The notes under the pieces are model-generated. The model saw only the letters and a program-made list of their open reading frames with translations, was not told the origin of the DNA and ran no database searches. Source: Albugo candida (Eukaryota). Taken from it: 64,000 bases of DNA. The DNA lies in contig JBDOQK010000003.1 of NCBI GenBank assembly GCA_040437565.1, forward strand, positions 682,001-746,000. The letters are read 5' to 3'. Every line of letters begins with the position of its first letter. The first letter of the stretch is position 1. The position numbers and the translations under genes were made by a program. This document shows, piece by piece, positions 22,801-37,215 of the stretch.

Positions 22801-25800
22801 CAGGGCGCTTCAATGGAAAGAGGAGTTTTACGACAAGTTCAGTGTATCGGTCTCAAATATACACGTTCTTTTGCTTCCATCAGATCAACAAGCAAGACGC
22901 GAAACTGAAGNNNNNNNNNNNNNNNNNNNNNNNNNNNNNNNNNNNNNNNNNNNNNNNNNNNNNNNNNNNNNNNNNNNNNNNNNNNNNNNNNNNNNNNNNN
23001 NNNNNNNNNNGGTACATTTTCTCAATTACAGCTTCAAGTCCTCACAAGAGACGATTTTATGAAATTGGACATATCCCTTCAATCAGTCGAGGCATTTGAT
23101 CTTAGTGCAAACAATGCGTTCCCTCGACTGCTATCGAGGAAAAAAGACGGAATCGACTCCAGCATGTCTTTCTTCACAACGTCAGCTGATATAGCAGGGC
23201 GCGTCTCTGGCAACAAGTTTTCCGATTCGACTTTTTCGATGAGTTATGAGACAAATACCAGCAATATTTCTGACGCTGATGCGTCATTATTTGTACTCAT
23301 GGAGCCTCTGGAAATTGTTTTCTCTCCAACTGCTGAATGTTGGGGTCGCCTGACCGCATTCGTACAAACATCGCAGACGCTGGGTGTCTGGGATGAGCTG
23401 GAAGTAGCAAGCCTTAATGACATTGTCAATCTTAAAGCTCGAACGGAAGCAAAATTAAACTTTATAATGGAGAATAGAGTGGCCTTATCGATCGATTTAC
23501 AAATTCGAGCTCCAGTCATAATAATTCCATCGGACGACCACATTGCCGGATGTTCAAGACTTGTAATTGATTTGGGCTTACTCACTTTACGCACGGAACG
23601 ATTGAGTCGCCTAAACTCTGAGCTTATTGACACATCTGGCAATGGAGTGAAACTTGAAGAACAACTCGAGTCACTTGGTGCATCCAGGATGCGTTCATCA
23701 CCAATTCCATCACATACATCCAGCCAAGGTTCGACCAGACAACTTTACGACGATTCTGAGTCAGACTACAGGGCGCTTCAATGGAAAGAGGAGTTTTACG
23801 ACAAGTTCAGTGTATCGGTCTCAAATATACACGTTCTTTTGCTTCCATCAGATCAACAAGCAAGACGCGAAACTGAAGTAGCAACCTTCAGTATGCGTCA
23901 ATTCGGCACGCATCATCCATATCCCAATACCCTCGAATCAAGCGAACATGAGTTGGTGAAGCATTTTAGTATTAGGATGACATTGCGTACTTCAATTCTG
24001 CCGCTAGATGCTACTCTCACTCGAGTGTATTTGCACCTCGATCTTCCAGCATTGATTGTCAGTTTGTCCATTGAAAAATACTTTCGACTGTTAAGTATAT
24101 TGGAACGATTTGACGCGATAGCAGAGTACTGGGATACCAATGAAGCAAACGAATGCCTAGCCGAGAACACAAGTATACCTGAACCTCCGAATAGTTTAGC
24201 GTTCGATGAGAGAATGGAAGGTGAGAGTGTATATAATACAGCCATACCACCCATTATCAGCACAGAACAAGATGAGACCTCATCTTCAGCTGACAGCGAC
24301 GATACGTGGTTCAGCATTGCAAGCTCTAAACATGAGACACCTTTAACTTTCCAGGATTTGGGTAACAACGCAAGTGATGTCAACCAAGCGGACGAAAACA
24401 TGAAATCAGAAACTGAGTTCGGGACCTTGACTGCAAAACGAACTTCCAATGCAGTAGATCGCAAACTTTTTACATTCACTTGCACATTGCCCGTCATTTC
24501 TCTACTCCTGAAGAAACCTCGAGCTCCCGAGAAATTCATACCTGAAGGAAGTGTCATCGTAGACCTCGAGAACTCATTCAATTTGAACTCTTCGTTCCTC
24601 TCGACTTTTGCAGAACCGTCCGGTGATGTCCCGATGCCCTTGGCGGAAAAGATTACGACGGATGTTGACAATCGAGACAGCACGTTTGTATGCAAGCTGG
24701 AGGGATTCAAGGTTCGTGTTGTCATGAAAACATCCACTACACGTGCTGTTGGTTCCATTGTCTCAATCCAGCTTGAAGATCGCTCAAATGCTACAAATAA
24801 TCGACCTTCAATGTATGTCATGTTTGCATGCCCCAAAATATCGGCTCCATACAGCAAAATAACACCTGTCACTGCTTTCAATGGTACAAAGCAAGGCAAA
24901 AATAATGGGAAAAAAAAGTCGATCGAACGAGTGCTCTCTTTTGATAGAGTCGGAGCACCAAGCTCCAGCACACCTTGTGGAGGTGTAGGCACCCAGACAA
25001 AGGATTCATTGTATCGTAACTTTGGCTTCTCGGCACCTCAAAAGCTAGTGACTTTCGAATGGACCGGAATCTCAAACAACACATCGAATTGGACCGCACA
25101 TGATCTCGTGTGCAATTTTGGCTCCTTGCATTTCCATCTTGACCAGAACTACCTCGCTGAACTTGTGCAGCTATACGACGAAATTGCATGTTTCGTACAA
25201 CAGGACGAAGGTGAAGCAAGAGAGGATGTTCTAGGCTCAAAAATTGAGCTGGAAGATTTGTCATCCCCACCACCTTTGGACCTAGCAGCATCGACTTTAT
25301 CACGAAACACCTTTGGGGATGTCAAATTGACGGACTCTGTTCGGGCTGATTTAGAGAAGGCAAGGCAGAGAATGACACGACAAAAGCAGCAGAATCAATC
25401 AATTCGCTTCCGGCTCTCGATGTACTCACTCTCGATCTGCCTCAGTGAAAATGAAATTGCTCTTGCATCGTTCGCATTGCTACGCCTTCAAGCGCAGACG
25501 AAATTCGCCGAAAAAGGATTTACCACCGTTGATGGTGCGGTAGGAGACTTACAGTTGTACCACATACATCAACAAAGTAGCTTGTTACACAATGACAGGG
25601 AAGCCGAATGGTACCGATCCAAACTTTATGACTATGGAAGAGCCACTTATACATNNNNNNNNNNNNNNNNNNNNNNNNNNNNNNNNNNNNNNNNNNNNNN
25701 NNNNNNNNNNNNNNNNNNNNNNNNNNNNNNNNNNNNNNNNNNNNNNNNNNNNNNACGAAGGTGAAGCAAGAGAGGATGTTCTAGGCTCAAAAATTGAGCT

Positions 25801-28800
25801 GGAAGATTTGTCATCCCCACCACCTTTGGACCTAGCAGCATCGACTTTATCACGAAACACCTTTGGGGATGTCAAATTGACGGACTCTGTTCGGGCTGAT
25901 TTAGAGAAGGCAAGGCAGAGAATGACACGACAAAAGCAGCAGAATCAATCAATTCGCTTCCGGCTCTCGATGTACTCACTCTCGATCTGCCTCAGTGAAA
26001 ATGAAATTGCTCTTGCATCGTTCGCATTGCTACGCCTTCAAGCGCAGACGAAATTCGCCGAAAAAGGATTTACCACCGTTGATGGTGCGGTAGGAGACTT
26101 ACAGTTGTACCACATACATCAACAAAGTAGCTTGTTACACAATGACAGGGAAGCCGAATGGTACCGATCCAAACTTTATGACTATGGAAGAGCCACTTAT
26201 ACATCGATTTTTGGACTCGATCAGCAACGAATAGCTTCTTCACTTGGTGAATATGCAGTCAATATGCTCGAGCTTCAGATAAGGCGGAGGAGCGTCGTTA
26301 AAGAAGCACTCACTGAAGACACGATAAGTACTTTATCTACGATCATTCAGCCATTGAATGTGGTTGTAAACCCGCTGTTTTTTGAAGAGATGGGAAGATA
26401 TCTCACAGAAGGTCGACTGAAGCAATGTTTTGACAAACGAAAACAAAATCGTAAAATGACCTCAACATATTTCGAGCATCCGTATCCACGCTCACTTGGA
26501 TATCTCGATCCTCAGGCCTCGTTGACACCATTTTTCGATGCCATGGATCGTACAGAAGGATACTCTGAATCCTTCAGAGCTTTTCCTGACTCTATCTCTT
26601 CGGTCACAAACGAATCTCCATCGAGATTCAGAAGCTCGGAGCATATGTCGATAGAAGAACGACAATCTGATGAGAAGGATCAAAGGTCCTCAGATGTCAC
26701 ATCAACATTATCACGAGCAGCCTTACCGTTCTATCAAGAATATCTTCGTCGTAATCTGGATATCTCTTTCCAGTTCTTATGCCCCAGACTGGTAATACTC
26801 ACGCATTTATCAGAATCAAAAGCATGTGATGGGATCGTGGTAGATTTCGGCACAACGAAGTTTACGTACAAAGGATCGCAGGTAATTGACGAACATCCCA
26901 GAGCACTAGAGAAATCGTATGACATCCGCATCAGCTCCAAAGAATGCATGATATTTCGTCTTGAGACTCCATCCGTACTTCTCATGAAAGAGCTTGATTT
27001 TCTGCTTAATGTGAACATTCCTCAGCTTGACACACATGAATCGTGTCCAAAAATCGACTTGCTTGTGTCCCCCCTCCAGCTCAGTGTTGATGATGATATT
27101 GGAAGCTTGATCTATGAGGTACTGCAGTCGACGATAAATCCTATCCACGAGGTGCTCCAGCAATTACAAACTGCGTATTACGAACCAAACGACCAGGTAC
27201 TGCCCAACTTTGACATAGTTTCAAATGCGAGCAACCAATTCTCGCTCCCTACCGAGCATCGTTTTGAGGTCTACTTTAGACTCCAAAGCTTATCAATTGC
27301 ATTGGTACTTCAGGAAAATGAAGCGAAAAAGCATTTCACTCAAATGCTAAATGCGATGCAGAAGCAAACTCCTGACGATGAAGTGGCTTGCAGCGCTTGG
27401 GATAAACTTTGGTTTGAAAATGAAGACCTCCAATTTCTGCCTCCGATGAGCTCTCATCAGACATCCCCCGCCATTTCTGACCAAAGAGAAATGACTCTGA
27501 AAGAATCGAAATGTGAGATTGCGAAATTACTTATGAACGATATAGTGTTGTCGACAATCACATGTATTCTCGGCAATAAAGTGAGCTCATTAGACAGTCA
27601 ATTTTCGATGCAGGAAATGGGTATGGTTGTGCCAAAGCAGGAGACTAAGGTGCGATACCTNNNNNNNNNNNNNNNNNNNNNNNNNNNNNNNNNNNNNNNN
27701 NNNNNNNNNNNNNNNNNNNNNNNNNNNNNNNNNNNNNNNNNNNNNNNNNNNNNNNNNNNNCGATGAGCTCTCATCAGACATCCCCCGCCATTTCTGACCA
27801 AAGAGAAATGACTCTGAAAGAATCGAAATGTGAGATTGCGAAATTACTTATGAACGATATAGTGTTGTCGACAATCACATGTATTCTCGGCAATAAAGTG
27901 AGCTCATTAGACAGTCAATTTTCGATGCAGGAAATGGGTATGGTTGTGCCAAAGCAGGAGACTAAGGTGCGATACCTTTATCTTGCTTAGCTCTTTTGGC
28001 TATTAACATCTTTTCTTGATGCACACACAGGACACAATTGATGAGGTATTCGGCCCGATTCGGTTGCGTGACGCAAGTCATCTCGATGGTATGCACGTAT
28101 TCAACGCTATGAGAAGTTGGAGCAATGATCTAACAGATGTTGACCGTTCTCTTCACGGTCTTCCGGCTTCCGATACGAAATCAGCCCCTCAAATAATTAT
28201 TTCGGCGCGATGGTCAATAGCTACCGACGAGGACGCTGACTGCGATATTGACTTGCATATGACGTCATTCAGATTCCTATTGCTCCCTTGCTCTATTCTA
28301 TGCTTGGAGCAGTATCTCGTACGATCGCTCATGTTCATCCAGCAAGCAAAAGTCCGAAACAATTGTCATTCTCGAAACGATCCGGAGCTCAAGCCAGAAA
28401 TGTGGAGTCCACCCGGAAAGCACAGCGCTAACTTNNNNNNNNNNNNNNNNNNNNNNNNNNNNNNNNNNNNNNNNNNNNNNNNNNNNNNNNNNNNNNNNNN
28501 NNNNNNNNNNNNNNNNNNNNNNNNNNNNNNNNNNGCTTCCGATACGAAATCAGCCCCTCAAATAATTATTTCGGCGCGATGGTCAATAGCTACCGACGAG
28601 GACGCTGACTGCGATATTGACTTGCATATGACGTCATTCAGATTCCTATTGCTCCCTTGCTCTATTCTATGCTTGGAGCAGTATCTCGTACGATCGCTCA
28701 TGTTCATCCAGCAAGCAAAAGTCCGAAACAATTGTCATTCTCGAAACGATCCGGAGCTCAAGCCAGAAATGTGGAGTCCACCCGGAAAGCACAGCGCTAA

Positions 28801-31800
28801 CTTTTATCTGAGCCACAATACAGACAGAAGGAATAACGCCTTACCACTCTTTGACCCTGATCATTCCGAAGCTCCGAGTAGCGTTACATCGTATTCCGCT
28901 AACACAGCACATGACACTCTAAACCAAGACGAGCTTTCTGAGGATCAAAATACAGCGTCGGAGACAGCCAAAATGGGCCGTGGTACATGGAAAATCAAAG
29001 CCGAAATTGAGCATCTCCAATTATGCATACTGCCGTTTGAGGCTCTATTACAAACTAGCGGAATTATCACGTCGTGTCAAGTCTCGCTCTCTATGGAATT
29101 ACCTTTGGAGTCTTTTAATGCTCATCTCAAATCCGAACAGAAGGCGAAAGCACAGCTAACAGCGATATGCATGCGAACTGATTCCGTAGCAGAAAGTTCT
29201 CATGCGTTTGAACAGAGGCAGTCGACTCTATCAGTCATGGACCCATTTGATCTGACTGTCAGCCACCATACTTTAAGCAATCATGAGAATGATCCGATAA
29301 ACCACCTCGACGAAAGTGGCGTGGAACGGTCTCAATCGCAAGGCAGCAAGGAGGTCCACGTCGATGTTACTCGTATGATAACACGACTATCCTATCGGGA
29401 CCTACCCGTTTTTCTCACCGTCAAGAGCTCGCTGTATCGTCTAATGCACGTTCACAATCGAATCACGCAACGCTTTCAGGCTTTCGAGGCTGACTTGGAA
29501 AAAGCTGCTCGTTCGAAGGATACTCCACACGACATGATCCCAACCGTATCGAAATTAATTGGTATAGAAGATGATCAAAGCAATCTCGAAGGCTCTGGAA
29601 CTAAAATTGATTGTTCCAATTCTGTCATATCTCGGGTCTGTTTCAATTTGAATGGAGTTAGTTTGGAATTAGTTAACAACATCGGCTTGCAAGAGTCGAC
29701 AGTAATCCACATCATCGTTAGTAATCTCAATATGGACATGTCGTACGCTCTGGGCTCATCCCGATTCATTGATGGAGTCTGCAATGTATCCTTCGAGACA
29801 TGGTATCACAACTTGCGTTTGGTGTCTATGGAACCGCTTATCGAGCCTTTCGATGTCAAAATGAGAGTGTCAATGCCTCAAGAGCAGGAATTTGGAGATA
29901 ATGGTGATGGAATAGCTGATAGATCAAGTGCGAATGTAGAAATTTCGATAGACTCGCAATCCACACTAGAAATCAACATCACAGACGCACTGATGGCCAC
30001 ATTGGTGGCAGCACATCGGTCGTGGAAATGGGTGATGGAAAATGAAGAAAGCTCAGGTCTGAAGAGTGAGTATTCGACATATTGGATTAGGAATCAAACA
30101 GGACTGCCCTTACGATACTGGGGACCTTCCTGCGCAATGCGAACACTTGAAGTCGACACAGAACAACCTCTGACTTTTTCTGAACAAACGATTCGAGGCA
30201 GCAGATTTCAAAACGCTGGCATGAATCGTAATTGGATTCTGGAATTACCCTACTGCGTGACTCCTTCTCGGCCATCTGCTCACCATGCACTTTCAAACTC
30301 GAGACGTCTTTATCTAGCTATTCAAAATCCTTTTGCGAGCTCCGATACCGATCAAGACTTCATCGAGATTGAAGGCTCGATTTACGTAGACCAGAAGAAC
30401 TCACGATATTATGCATTTTCAAGCGCTGATGAAAATTCAGTAATTCCTGAAGACATATCTGAGAACAGTGTATCACAAAGCAAACGGTCTAAATGGGAAT
30501 GCATCATTGACATTATTGTTGAGCAGGGATGCAAGTACTTTTTGATTCGCTCTCCACTTATGATTGAAAATCGCTCAGCATCGAATTTGGAGGTCGAGCA
30601 CATGAGCGGAATCAAAGCCACACCCATCGCCTGGAATTCCGTCATACGATCCAATTCTTCCGTGCCCGTTCCCATCCATCTGCTCACAAACACGAATATC
30701 ATTTTGTATGTGAGACCACACAGCGATCGTAGCTCCCCAACTTTGCCAGGAGAATATGCAAAACGGAGACTTCGCATCCCACTTTCGGGAGATGATCACA
30801 GAGACCCGGTGTCAGCCTCACAGACTGCTTTGCAAACTTTTATCAAATTTCATCGGCTACGTAAGGATGTCCCGGTCCGTCCGTTTGTACTCTGTGTAGG
30901 CTTTACAGATTCCATCAAGACATCGTATCAGCTGGGACGTATATTGTCATTTTCTCCCCCGATGGTCATTCGGAATCTTTTAGCTTGTGAAATGGATTAC
31001 TGTTTGATGACTCCAAACTATTGGGATCCACTACAAGACAAGGAATCTAGTCTATCGAAACGAGACTGGGAAGACACACCACAACGACTTCGTGAGCGTG
31101 GAAATATCGAAACGGGCGGAACATTGGTTTGGCATCTCTCCCATTGGGATTCTCCTCTTGAGCTGCGGATTCGGATTAGAGGCTTTGAATGGAGCGATCC
31201 GGTCTTACTTGTCGATCATATGATCTCTGCAAATAGCATTCGCATGAAAGATGCTAGAACTGAAGCTTTCTTGTTCATTTCGCTCGACCTACAGCAATCA
31301 ACATCGCAATCTAATGAATTACTTTTGTTTGTCCCATATTGGATTGTCAACATGACCGGAATGCCTTTGGAATTTAGTCACGATGCTCGACTTACAGGCT
31401 TGGAACATCCAACAAGGTACGATACTGACACTGCTTCTTTGTTCGATTAGCTCTCATCCCCGTCGATCTTTGTGACAGGACACTAGCTGGGCAGAAAGGA
31501 GTCGGAAAACAGGATATCAGTCATTTGACAAGAAGCACGAAGAATAAGCGAAATTCACACTTAGTTTATGATTATACCAGCTTGGGGAAGGAAAGAAGAC
31601 ATGAAGAGAATTCCGTCCGTCCAGCAAGAAAAAAACTCGACCGTGTCAAGTTTTTCATCCCGGAATCCGCGCCCAACTCTTCTCGAGCAAAAAAACGTAG
31701 ACACGGTGGTCTCCTGCCTGGTGTTCCTTCCATCAACGGTCTTCTAGACCTACTACCCAGCATGGGATATAGTCAGGGTGACCCACAAGATGATGATTTC

Positions 31801-34800
31801 ACAATCTTACAAGCCTCTTATACAAACTCATCTCTCCAGCAAGGAAGCCTTCGATTGCGAGTCTGCGATGATAAGACAGTTGCGTATCGCGGTAAAGAGA
31901 AGAAAAGTAAGTTGATCTGGTCCAATCCGTTCCAACTGGATCAAGTGGGCGCAGTTGGAGAAGTTACGGTGATTGATGAAGTCTGGGATCGTCTGTATTG
32001 TTTTGGATATGTAATCAAGGAAGGCAAGGGATTGTATTCTCGGACAAAAGTGATTGCACTTGCTCCACGTATAATGCTGATGAATGCAACGAGATTCTCT
32101 GTTGTCGTATGTCATTCGACCATGAAAGAGAGCATACCAACGGAAAACACCCTGAACGACGTCATGGTACCCGATGTTAACGAAACTAGCACATTACAAC
32201 AATCCACTGGAACTATCCTGGATCCTGGTTCGTATCGTGACTTTCATCTAAAAGCCCATCTCACAAAGACGCGATCCATTCGCTGTCGCATCACCGAAAT
32301 GGGTTGGAATTGGTCAGGAGCGATTCCAATCTGTGAAGCAGGAGACTTCGTCGTACGCTTTCGGCATGAAGCTACCCGAGAGAGTATTTTGGCCAGAATA
32401 ACATTCATGATGGATGTTTGCTGCATATGTATCAGGATCCATGGAGAAATTATCAATGCACCCCCATATCGCCTCGAGAACTATTCTCTCGAGACGTTCC
32501 GCCTCCATCAGCAACGGGTACATCAGAGCGAGATCCTACTACCTCATCATAGTCTGGACTACACCTGGGATGAACCACTGCAACCACACAAGCTTGTTGT
32601 CGATATGTTACCGTCAGCGGCGGGCGATAATAGTCGTCCGCTTCGGATTGGGACATTCTCATTTGATCAGATTCAGCGCTTTCCAGATGCTTTAGCTGGA
32701 ACGCTTGGAATCGAGGTGTGTACAAATGGTCCAACAAGAGTCTTACGCTTCACAGACGCACGTTTGCGTCGACTTGGGTCTGACAAAACAACACAGGTCA
32801 AAGTCCCTTTGGGCAGTGGCGTACTGAACGAATTGTATGCGTATCTTCATGACCCCACCGTTCATGTCATTGCTCGATGGAGAGGTATCGGTGTATCTAT
32901 TGTGAATGATATACCGCAAGAATTACTCTATTTGTCGATATCCAACATTCGACTTCAATTTCTATGCAGCGAGTCGAATGAGTTGCAGCGCGGACATTTG
33001 CATGAGAACGATCCTTCAGCCATGGAACCCGGTCACATTACCAAACAAGCAGAGACCGGGCAAAGACTCAAGCGAAAAGCAGCGTCGTCCAAGTTGGGTG
33101 TACTGTTACAAGTGGAAGACATACAAATTGACAACGAGCTGCCGTGCACTCCATTTCCAGTGCTCCTTCAATTAAAAAACACTGCTGGTGGGCGGCTCTC
33201 TTCACGTACAAAAGCTACGGCGTCTAGGGATGCTCCTCCTGCTTTGAAACTTATATTTGTCAGCAACAACGAATATGAANNNNNNNNNNNNNNNNNNNNN
33301 NNNNNNNNNNNNNNNNNNNNNNNNNNNNNNNNNNNNNNNNNNNNNNNNNNNNNNNNNNNNNNNNNNNNNNNNNNNNNNNCTTCAGCCATGGAACCCGGTC
33401 ACATTACCAAACAAGCAGAGACCGGGCAAAGACTCAAGCGAAAAGCAGCGTCGTCCAAGTTGGGTGTACTGTTACAAGTGGAAGACATACAAATTGACAA
33501 CGAGCTGCCGTGCACTCCATTTCCAGTGCTCCTTCAATTAAAAAACACTGCTGGTGGGCGGCTCTCTTCACGTACAAAAGCTACGGCGTCTAGGGATGCT
33601 CCTCCTGCTTTGAAACTTATATTTGTCAGCAACAACGAATATGAAGGAATCAATTTCATACATCACTTTAGTTGCCACATCTCACCAATGTATATCCGAA
33701 TCGATGGCTCGCTTTTTGCACAGATGATGCCATTTCTTCGATACACACAAGTACCAGGATCCAAAGTATCCAAAATACCAAACAGACTCGACTTTGTCAA
33801 TGCAGCGGAAGGAGTACATTCGCTCGAATCGAAATATGATGATAATGGAGACAGTGGAAAAGCGTTGACACTTCAAGACTTCCAAAACTCGCTTGACATT
33901 GGAATTTCCCTGATCAAGCCGTCATATGAATACAAATCTGCTTCAGATAACCGCTCGGGATCCAATGCAGCATCACATCGGCCAATAATGGGTTCTGGGT
34001 CTCCTCCCCGATATGAAAATGGGAGCGAAACGAAATGCGGACGCGTTCGAATCGAAACACAAGGTACATTGTCAAGTCAGGCAACTTTTAAGAAGCTGTA
34101 CTTTGAAGAATTTCACATCCACGCAATTCAGGTAACGTGAACATGGTCAACAGATGGGCGTACTGATACCTTGTATGTGCTTTATTGATCTTCAGGTGTC
34201 GCTGAGTTTTACGGGCGCAACGAATACGAAGCCTTCTGTCTCATCATCGCGAAAATCTCTGCTGACAGTAGGACCCTTACGCCTACTGCTGAATGCGATC
34301 GGGACGAGTCTCACCAAAATTGCAAATGCACCACTACATTTCAGTCACTTACGTATTGACCATTCCTTTGTGCAAAGTGACACACTCACTTCTCGTCTTG
34401 CGGCACACTACCAAAGTGAGGCCATACGACAAGCGTATATTATCTTGGGAAGTGTCGATGTTCTGGGAAATCCACTGGTTGCATGGAATAACTTGAAGCG
34501 AGGTTTCCAGCATTTTTTGTGGGAGCCGATTGACGGTTTTAACGTACAGGTTCGTACCTCAACGATTGTATGTCCCCACCAATTGAATCAATGAGATCAT
34601 TGTAGGGATGGAGAGGTTTTATCGTTGGTCTTTGTCGGGGAACATTAGCGCTGAGTCAAGCTTCAGTATTTACATTCTTTGATTTTAATGCCCGAATCTT
34701 AACGGCCAGCTCCCTTGGATTATCAGAAGCATGTACGAGACTGGATGCATACACGGACTACAATTCGACAAAAAATATATACCAGGCTTTGGCGCAAGGC

Positions 34801-35568
34801 TTGTCAGGAGTAGCTGTAGCCCCCATTCGAGCAATTGAGCTAAACGGCATATATGGCTTGATTCCTGGTATAGTGGTAGGTCTGCTTGGTCTGTTCATGA
34901 AGCCGCTGTATGGGATAGCGCTTGCAGCTTCGACGAATGCGACTGTCTTGCGTAATTTCGTGGATCCCAATACGCATGCATCACTCTCTCGCGTACGTCC
35001 ACCACGTCATATCGATCCTCAGACGCAGGAACTCAAGATATATTCTTACGTTGAATCTCTTGGAGAAGAAATACTGAGTCAGCTCCAGGAAGGACGATTA
35101 CGCGGAGAATCTTACGTCGGTCATATTGATCTCGAGCAGGAATGGTTGATGATCACCAATAAGCGCCTTTTGTTTCTGCGCAGTCAAGTCAATGAAGCAG
35201 ATAGGCGATATATCGTCGCACACGAAATTTATGTTGAAGAATTACTGCTACTATCTCATCAACCACTCGAAAGCAAAAAAGATGGAAAAGTACATTCTGT
35301 GGTGATATTTTGCCTCTGTGAGCCGAGTTTGTTGATCGCCCAAGCTACCGCTCAAATCAGCCGACAACGAGAACAACGTGGTCATCAAGCTGTATGGAAT
35401 CTATCCGTCAATACGAAAAAAGGATTCTGTTTGCAAAAAAAGAAGTTCGCACTACCCGAAACGAAGCTTTCATTTCTCAAAGCAATGCTGCAACAGCAAG
35501 ATCGCGCGGTGATTACTAGAAATGATCAAGAGGCTTGTCAATTCTTACTTAACTTGCCTTCACAATGA
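19833..35568 (+). CDS. VPS13: VPS13-family bridge-like lipid transfer protein (multi-exon; inflated by five internal gap-flank duplications)
   Basis: Chorein-N MFETLVTGILTNLLGNYID..LKIPWNRL; WWIYAI; VAB/SHR-BD repeats (FVPYWIVNMTG, PPYRLENYS); QIDNEL; ATG2_C-like LGSVDVLGNP; RVRPPR followed by a PH-like C-terminus. Confidence 0.92.
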
Positions 35569-36012
35569 AGTCAGACACATTGGATGGAATCAGATGGCAG
35601 AACATCGGCCGAGTTGNNNNNNNNNNNNNNNNNNNNNNNNNNNNNNNNNNNNNNNNNNNNNNNNNNNNNNNNNNNNNNNNNNNNNNNNNNNNNNNNNNNN
35701 NNNNNNNNNNNNNNNNAATGCTGCAACAGCAAGATCGCGCGGTGATTACTAGAAATGATCAAGAGGCTTGTCAATTCTTACTCAACTTGCCTTCACAATG
35801 AAGTCAGACACATTGGATGGAATCAGATGGCAGAACATCGGCCGAGTTGAGACACCATGAGGTCCTTCACCGTACCTGGCAGAAAAAACTCTCCCATGAC
35901 AATAGGAATAGCAATAGTGTTATTTCGATGTCTGTTTGACTCTATGCTCTAGATTACATGAAATACCACAAACCCATCAGCTCCTTCCATTGCTGAACGG
36001 GCTACGGGTTAT

Positions 36013-37215
36013 CTAATGATTAGTGTCCATCCTCACCATTTCTTGGTCGCGCAATCGCCCCTCCTCGATCAATGTGACATGAGCGGACTCTAACTGCGTG
36101 CTGGGATGCGAGTCTACTTCTGTTCCATTCATTTCGGAAACGTCAATTCCATAAAAATCGTGGATGACTTTGGGAGTGATTATTACGTCTTTGTGATTGA
36201 TGTCATGCATGTACGCGTCCAATAAGAACCAAATCATAGGAACTACATATAGAGCTGTGAACACGTCGATACTGTAATGCTTTCGAGCGGCCACAATCAA
36301 AAATGCTATGACGACTTGCACACTGATCATGAAGCCAATCAATAGCGGATGCGGCCAGTTTTTGCATACGCTGAGAATCAGACTCAATGTGTAAATGGTA
36401 TGGGAGCTAAACATCAAATCACCACATCCCCGTAATGCATCGATTTTGAAGAAAAATTGGAAGATTGATGGTGGTTCGAAATCTGTAATAAAAAAAGGTT
36501 TTCAGATAAGCCATCTCCAAGTTCTGCTGGCATTTTACTTGCCTGGATTCGGTATAACGCATTTCAAGTAATCATTTGGATTAGCTGCCTTGCATGCTTC
36601 GTCAAAAAGAAGGCGACAGTGTTCGGCAGGGCTTGGAAGCGATGTGATCATGAAAGAGCACACACGAAGCACCTGGGAAAAAACAGTGACTCAATGGCAC
36701 AAGAATTGGGAAGAATTGATAACGTACCAATGCAATGCTTATTTGAAGCAGTAAACGCTTTACTATGATAGCAATAAATCGCGGACGAAGTGGATTTTGC
36801 TTAAATACCAAAATGGAAAGCATCAAAAGTATTGTTGGACCGAATACTGCACCAAATACCAAGTATTCGGATAAGTGTGCGGCTGTACCAGTCAACTCGG
36901 GCATGAGAGCGTATCCAAGGTCATACAACTGGACTCGTTGCTGGACGGAAAGCACATTTCCCTGGAGGTAATAAGCCCAATTGTGGAATACGCTATGCAA
37001 ATCTAAATTGGGTTTTCGTTGAGTTATAAGCTCTGAGACGTCGTTCTCAGCTCAGAATTGAACGTACATTGCATTATAGTACAAGGTAGTAATATCTTCC
37101 ATTCCTTTAGCGCTATTGACAGCTCAAGCTTTATGTGATCGACTAAATTAGCCCAATTACGGCACTGAAAGTGCTGATAGTCTGAAGCTTCTGATTTGCT
37201 GAATAGCGAGAACAT
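36013..37215 (-). CDS. Inositol phosphorylceramide synthase (plant ERH1/IPCS-like; SMS/PAP2_C family), multi-exon
   Basis: HNWAYYLQG..LYDLGY, ITSLPSPAEHCR, GCGDLMFSSHT and ARKHYSIDV catalytic motifs; start codon uncertain. Confidence 0.82.

Noticed and set aside
23913..24992. 359-aa antisense ORF
   Set aside because: Shadow of VPS13 coding sequence with no independent motifs
22043..35849. Apparent internal tandem duplications in VPS13 (e.g. 22043-22910/23011-23878, 25205-25654/25755-26204, 33014-33279/33380-33645)
   Set aside because: Each pair straddles an exact 100-N gap and is essentially identical, so these are unmerged contig overlaps, not domain repeats
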